Origin: an uncultured Candidatus Saccharibacteria bacterium
GTDB taxonomy: Bacteria; Patescibacteriota; Saccharimonadia; Saccharimonadales; CAIOMD01
Assembly: GCA_964477125.1 (NCBI GenBank)
Contig: CAYZCZ010000001.1
Coordinates: 43,790-107,789, forward strand
Reading direction: 5' to 3'
Length of the DNA stretch: 64,000 bases
In this document: piece after piece, positions 60,735 through 64,000 of the stretch
How positions within the stretch are numbered: position 1 is the stretch's first letter
Layout: the number at the start of each line of letters is the position of its first letter
The notes under the pieces: model-generated
The model's input: the letters and a program-made list of their open reading frames with translations, nothing else
The model's database searches: none
Told to the model about the DNA's origin: nothing
Position numbers and translations under genes: made by a program

Positions 60735-61934
60735 ATGAAACAAAAACGTCTATTTAAAGAAGCAATACGGAGTATTTGGTCGCAAAGAGCGCGATCTTTC
60801 TTAACTTCGCTTGGAATTATTATTGGGGCAGCTACTGTAATACTTGTAATAGATTTTGGCGAAGGAGCGAAGGCTGATATTGCAAAACAATTCTCCAATT
60901 TATCAGTTACTACAATATTTATCAACGCGCCATCAAATTCTGACGGCACTGAATCTAAGCTCAGCTACGAAGATTCAATTATAATTCGTGAAAAGGCAGA
61001 GAACATTTCTGGGGTTGCGCCAGTTCTAAGCGGAAAGGTATCAGTTGCATCAGAATCCGCTGCCGAACAAATCAATGTTGTGGGCACTAGCGTTGATTTT
61101 GCTAAACTTTCCAACTTAAGCTATAGCTCAGGTAATTTTTTCAGTTCTGAACAAGAAGAGTCGAAAAAAAGAGTAGTTGTTATAGGGTCTGGTGCAGCAG
61201 AGATATTGTTTGGTGATAATACAAGTAACGTTATTGGCCAAAAGGTTAACATCAATAAAAAAACTTACGAAGTAATTGGTGTTACGGCAGAAAAAGGTGG
61301 ATCTTTTGGGCCTATCAGTATAGACGATAGTGTTTTTATGCCATTTCTAACAGCAGAAAGATATGCACTTAATAGTGGGGGTAAAATGACTATCAATGCT
61401 TCTGCGACAGACCTAAAATCAATAGATATAGCAATGGACGAAATAACTACAATATTGCGCGATGAACACAACCTAGCTCCTGGATCGATAGATGATTTTA
61501 AGTTAAAAGATATGGGCAGTAATGTGGTCGCGGCCAAAGAATCAACTAAGACCATGACACTATTGCTAAGTGCAGTTGCAGCAATTGTACTACTAGTTGG
61601 CGGCATTGGCATTATGAATGTAATGTATATTAACGTTACAGAAAGAACGCGAGAGATAGGTCTCCGCAAAGCTTTGGGTGCTAAGAAAAAACAAATTATG
61701 TTGCAATTTTTGACTGAGGCTATCGTCATTTCATTAGTTGGTAGCTTAGTGGGCATAGCGCTTGGGCTTGCTCTTTATCCGCTAGCTGATCATTTTGGGA
61801 TGAAGGTTGCACATACCTGGTGGGGCGTATTTGTGGCGTTGGCATTTTCGTTGAGTATTGGGATCTTCTTTGGCTATAACCCAGCCAAGAAAGCTGCAAA
61901 TTTAAACCCAATAGAAGCACTAAGGTATGAATAG
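60735..61934 (+). CDS. MacB/FtsX-family ABC transporter permease
   Basis: RSFLT.LGIIIG, VGGIGIMNVM...VTERTREIGLRKALGA, NPIEALRYE; start re-called at 60735. Confidence 0.95.
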   Translation: MKQKRLFKEAIRSIWSQRARSFLTSLGIIIGAATVILVIDFGEGAKADIAKQFSNLSVTTIFINAPSNSDGTESKLSYEDSIIIREKAENISGVAPVLSGKVSVASESAAEQINVVGTSVDFAKLSNLSYSSGNFFSSEQEESKKRVVVIGSGAAEILFGDNTSNVIGQKVNINKKTYEVIGVTAEKGGSFGPISIDDSVFMPFLTAERYALNSGGKMTINASATDLKSIDIAMDEITTILRDEHNLAPGSIDDFKLKDMGSNVVAAKESTKTMTLLLSAVAAIVLLVGGIGIMNVMYINVTERTREIGLRKALGAKKKQIMLQFLTEAIVISLVGSLVGIALGLALYPLADHFGMKVAHTWWGVFVALAFSLSIGIFFGYNPAKKAANLNPIEALRYE

Positions 61935-61955
61935 TAAAAGAATAAGGAGTTACAA

Positions 61956-62480
61956 ATGAAGAAAATAATAATTATAGTATTAGTGGCAGTAGTTTTGGTT
62001 GCTGGTGGAATATTTGGATATATTGTAACTAGGCCAAAGAATATAACAGCAGCTAAGAACTCAACTAGCACGTCACCAACACCGGCTCAGGAACAGGGCC
62101 AACCAGCAAGATCTGCAGAAATAAAAGGAATCGTCAAATCAATAGAAGGTAATGAAATGCTTGTTGCGAATGAAATTGATTCAGTTGAGCTAACCCCAGA
62201 ACAACAAGCGGCTAAAAAAGCTGAAAGACAGGCTATGAGCCAGGAAGAAAGACAGGCGCTTAAAGCCCAAGAAACAGCCGTAGCAAAAATTGAAAATTCA
62301 AATATTATGATTCCTGTTGGTGTGCCAATCAAAAAAACTACCGGAGATGCAAGTGGAACGCTTGTCGGGTCTGAATTATCTGAGATCAAAGAAGGTAGCT
62401 ATGTATCAATATGGGTTGATAATTATAAAGCCAATAGTCAATCAGTTGTATTTGTAAAATTAAAGTCAACGGCAAACTAG
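61956..62480 (+). CDS. Membrane-anchored hypothetical protein within the MacAB-type operon
   Basis: AAGGAG SD, N-terminal TM, G.V.SI.GN...V and L.EIK.G..V.IW (OB-fold-like pattern). Confidence 0.75.
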   Translation: MKKIIIIVLVAVVLVAGGIFGYIVTRPKNITAAKNSTSTSPTPAQEQGQPARSAEIKGIVKSIEGNEMLVANEIDSVELTPEQQAAKKAERQAMSQEERQALKAQETAVAKIENSNIMIPVGVPIKKTTGDASGTLVGSELSEIKEGSYVSIWVDNYKANSQSVVFVKLKSTAN

Positions 62481-62489
62481 GATAAGAAA

Positions 62490-63680
62490 ATGATAAATAT
62501 AATTAAAGAACATAAAAAATTATTCGCAGCAATAGCTATTGGTCTAGCGATACTAGTTGTATTTTTATGGTTGTTCATATTTAATAAATCATCTGAAGCT
62601 AAGCCAAAAATTTCTGAAGGCAAAGCAAAAATAGACAGTATATACGTATCTGTTGAAAATGATGGTGTAGTAACAGCAGAAAAAGTTGTACTTAACTTCG
62701 CGCAAGCCGGTACGCTTAAGGGCCTAAACTATAAAGTCGGGGACAAGGTTCAAGCTGGTGATCAACTGGCAGAATTGGATGAGTCAAAGCTAATAGCACA
62801 AGTTAGCCAGGCACAGTCTACATATTACGCAAATCTAGAAAAAGCTAATAGACTTTCACCTGGCGGTGAAGAAGTTGTATTGAAACAACGTGCGCTAGAT
62901 GCAACGCGTAGCGCACTGGCTGCAGAACAAAACATATACAATGATGTAGTCTCAAAATCCGGAGTAGGTAGTTCACAGGAGCTGGCAGAAGCCGCTAAGT
63001 TACGAAAAGCTGAAGCAGACGTAGCCAGTGCAGAAGCACAGCTAGCATTAACCAGTGCATCTAAAACTGATGCTCAGTACATAGCTAATGCTTCATATGC
63101 GAATCTACAGATTGCTAGAACGGCTGTTTATGATACAAGAATAATATCGCCAATATCAGGAATTATCACTGCTGTAAATGGTGCTATTGGCCAAACCGTA
63201 GGTGGAACCCAAGCAAATACTGCCGGTTTCATTACTGTTGCAAATCCAGCTTCGGCTGTATTAGTAAGTAACTTCGACGAAGAGGATATTGCCAAGATTA
63301 AAGTTGGACAGTCTATCAAAGCAGAGTTCACTTCCCTGAACACAACGTTAAACGGCACGGTCACTTATGTATCACCTATAGCTAAAATCGACCAGAACGG
63401 GGCCGCAACATATGAGGTAAGATCAACCTTTGACCCGAAGAACTATACTGTTCTCGACGGTATGAACGCGTCTATCAAATTCATCACTAAACAAGTAGAG
63501 AAAACTGTTGTTATCCCAAATAAAGCAGTAAAAATATCAGATGGCAAATCTTACGTTTCATTCTATGATGACAATCGTAATATAGCGACAAAGGCCGTAA
63601 CCACTGGATTTACAGATGGCAAATCCGTTAGCGTCACAACAGGCATGAATAGTGGTGATGAATATTTAATAATCGAATAA
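62490..63680 (+). CDS. Efflux periplasmic adaptor (MacA/HlyD-like MFP)
   Basis: G.L......VGD.V.AG..LA.LD lipoyl-like half, coiled hairpin, I.SPISG.I, DE.DI..I..GQ, IP..AV. Confidence 0.93.
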   Translation: MINIIKEHKKLFAAIAIGLAILVVFLWLFIFNKSSEAKPKISEGKAKIDSIYVSVENDGVVTAEKVVLNFAQAGTLKGLNYKVGDKVQAGDQLAELDESKLIAQVSQAQSTYYANLEKANRLSPGGEEVVLKQRALDATRSALAAEQNIYNDVVSKSGVGSSQELAEAAKLRKAEADVASAEAQLALTSASKTDAQYIANASYANLQIARTAVYDTRIISPISGIITAVNGAIGQTVGGTQANTAGFITVANPASAVLVSNFDEEDIAKIKVGQSIKAEFTSLNTTLNGTVTYVSPIAKIDQNGAATYEVRSTFDPKNYTVLDGMNASIKFITKQVEKTVVIPNKAVKISDGKSYVSFYDDNRNIATKAVTTGFTDGKSVSVTTGMNSGDEYLIIE

Positions 63681-63682
63681 TT

Positions 63683-64000
63683 ATGTTAAAACCTATTATA
63701 AAAACCGATCATTTGTCAAAAAGCTATTTTCTAGGCAAGCAAAAGATAGATATTCTATTAGACATAAACTTCAGCATTATGCCAGGTGAATTTGTGGCTC
63801 TCATGGGTCCGTCAGGCTCTGGTAAATCGACGCTTATGAATATAATTGGCTGCTTAGATACTGTAAGTACAGGAGAATATTATTTAAATGGTCAGAATAT
63901 TGCAAGCAAAAATGATGACCAGCTAGCAGATATACGTAATAAAACAATTGGCTTTGTGTTCCAAACATTTAATTTGCTGCCTAAACTTAGTGCCTTAGAA
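63683..64000 (+). CDS. MacB/LolD-type ABC ATP-binding protein (partial, runs off the window)
   Basis: MLKPIIKT..LSKSY...GEFVALMGPSGSGKSTLMNIIGCLD...RNKTIGFVFQTFNLLP. Confidence 0.93.
   Translation, partial: MLKPIIKTDHLSKSYFLGKQKIDILLDINFSIMPGEFVALMGPSGSGKSTLMNIIGCLDTVSTGEYYLNGQNIASKNDDQLADIRNKTIGFVFQTFNLLPKLSALE

Overview
AT-rich (roughly 35% GC by eye), gene-dense bacterial chromosome segment using genetic code 11. Gene content points to a Patescibacteria/CPR genome, most likely Saccharibacteria (inference): zinc-less DnaX and RecR, a short ATP synthase delta, a cytochrome bo3 operon and a CPR-type AckA. The window holds the rplL 3' end; dnaX-dnaB; ebfC-recR-nrnA-cysS; a yhhQ/tgt queuosine salvage pair; two PimA-like GT4s with an alpha/beta hydrolase; a zeta-type carbonic anhydrase homologue; and the F1Fo operon with an extra ORF between atpG and atpD. 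It also holds a divergent lipid cluster (cls, DedA-like, UbiA-family, three paralogous membrane proteins and a 7TM protein, facing plsY and cdsA), a SAM-I riboswitch on a Cys/Met PLP enzyme and a DEAD-box helicase with a structured leader. Further on are ackA, ABC and SulP transporters, cyoABCDE, a PAS-GGDEF protein, purF, an ECF sigma/DUF2202 operon with a repeated candidate promoter, two CNNM/hemolysin genes, a tRNA-like/att-like element and a MacAB-type operon cut by the window end. The best candidate for an undescribed system is the plsY-cdsA-UbiA-cls cluster, which has no plsC and altered active-site motifs. No CRISPR array, rRNA, complete tRNA or intact transposase was seen. All calls come from motif recognition by eye; no searches were run.
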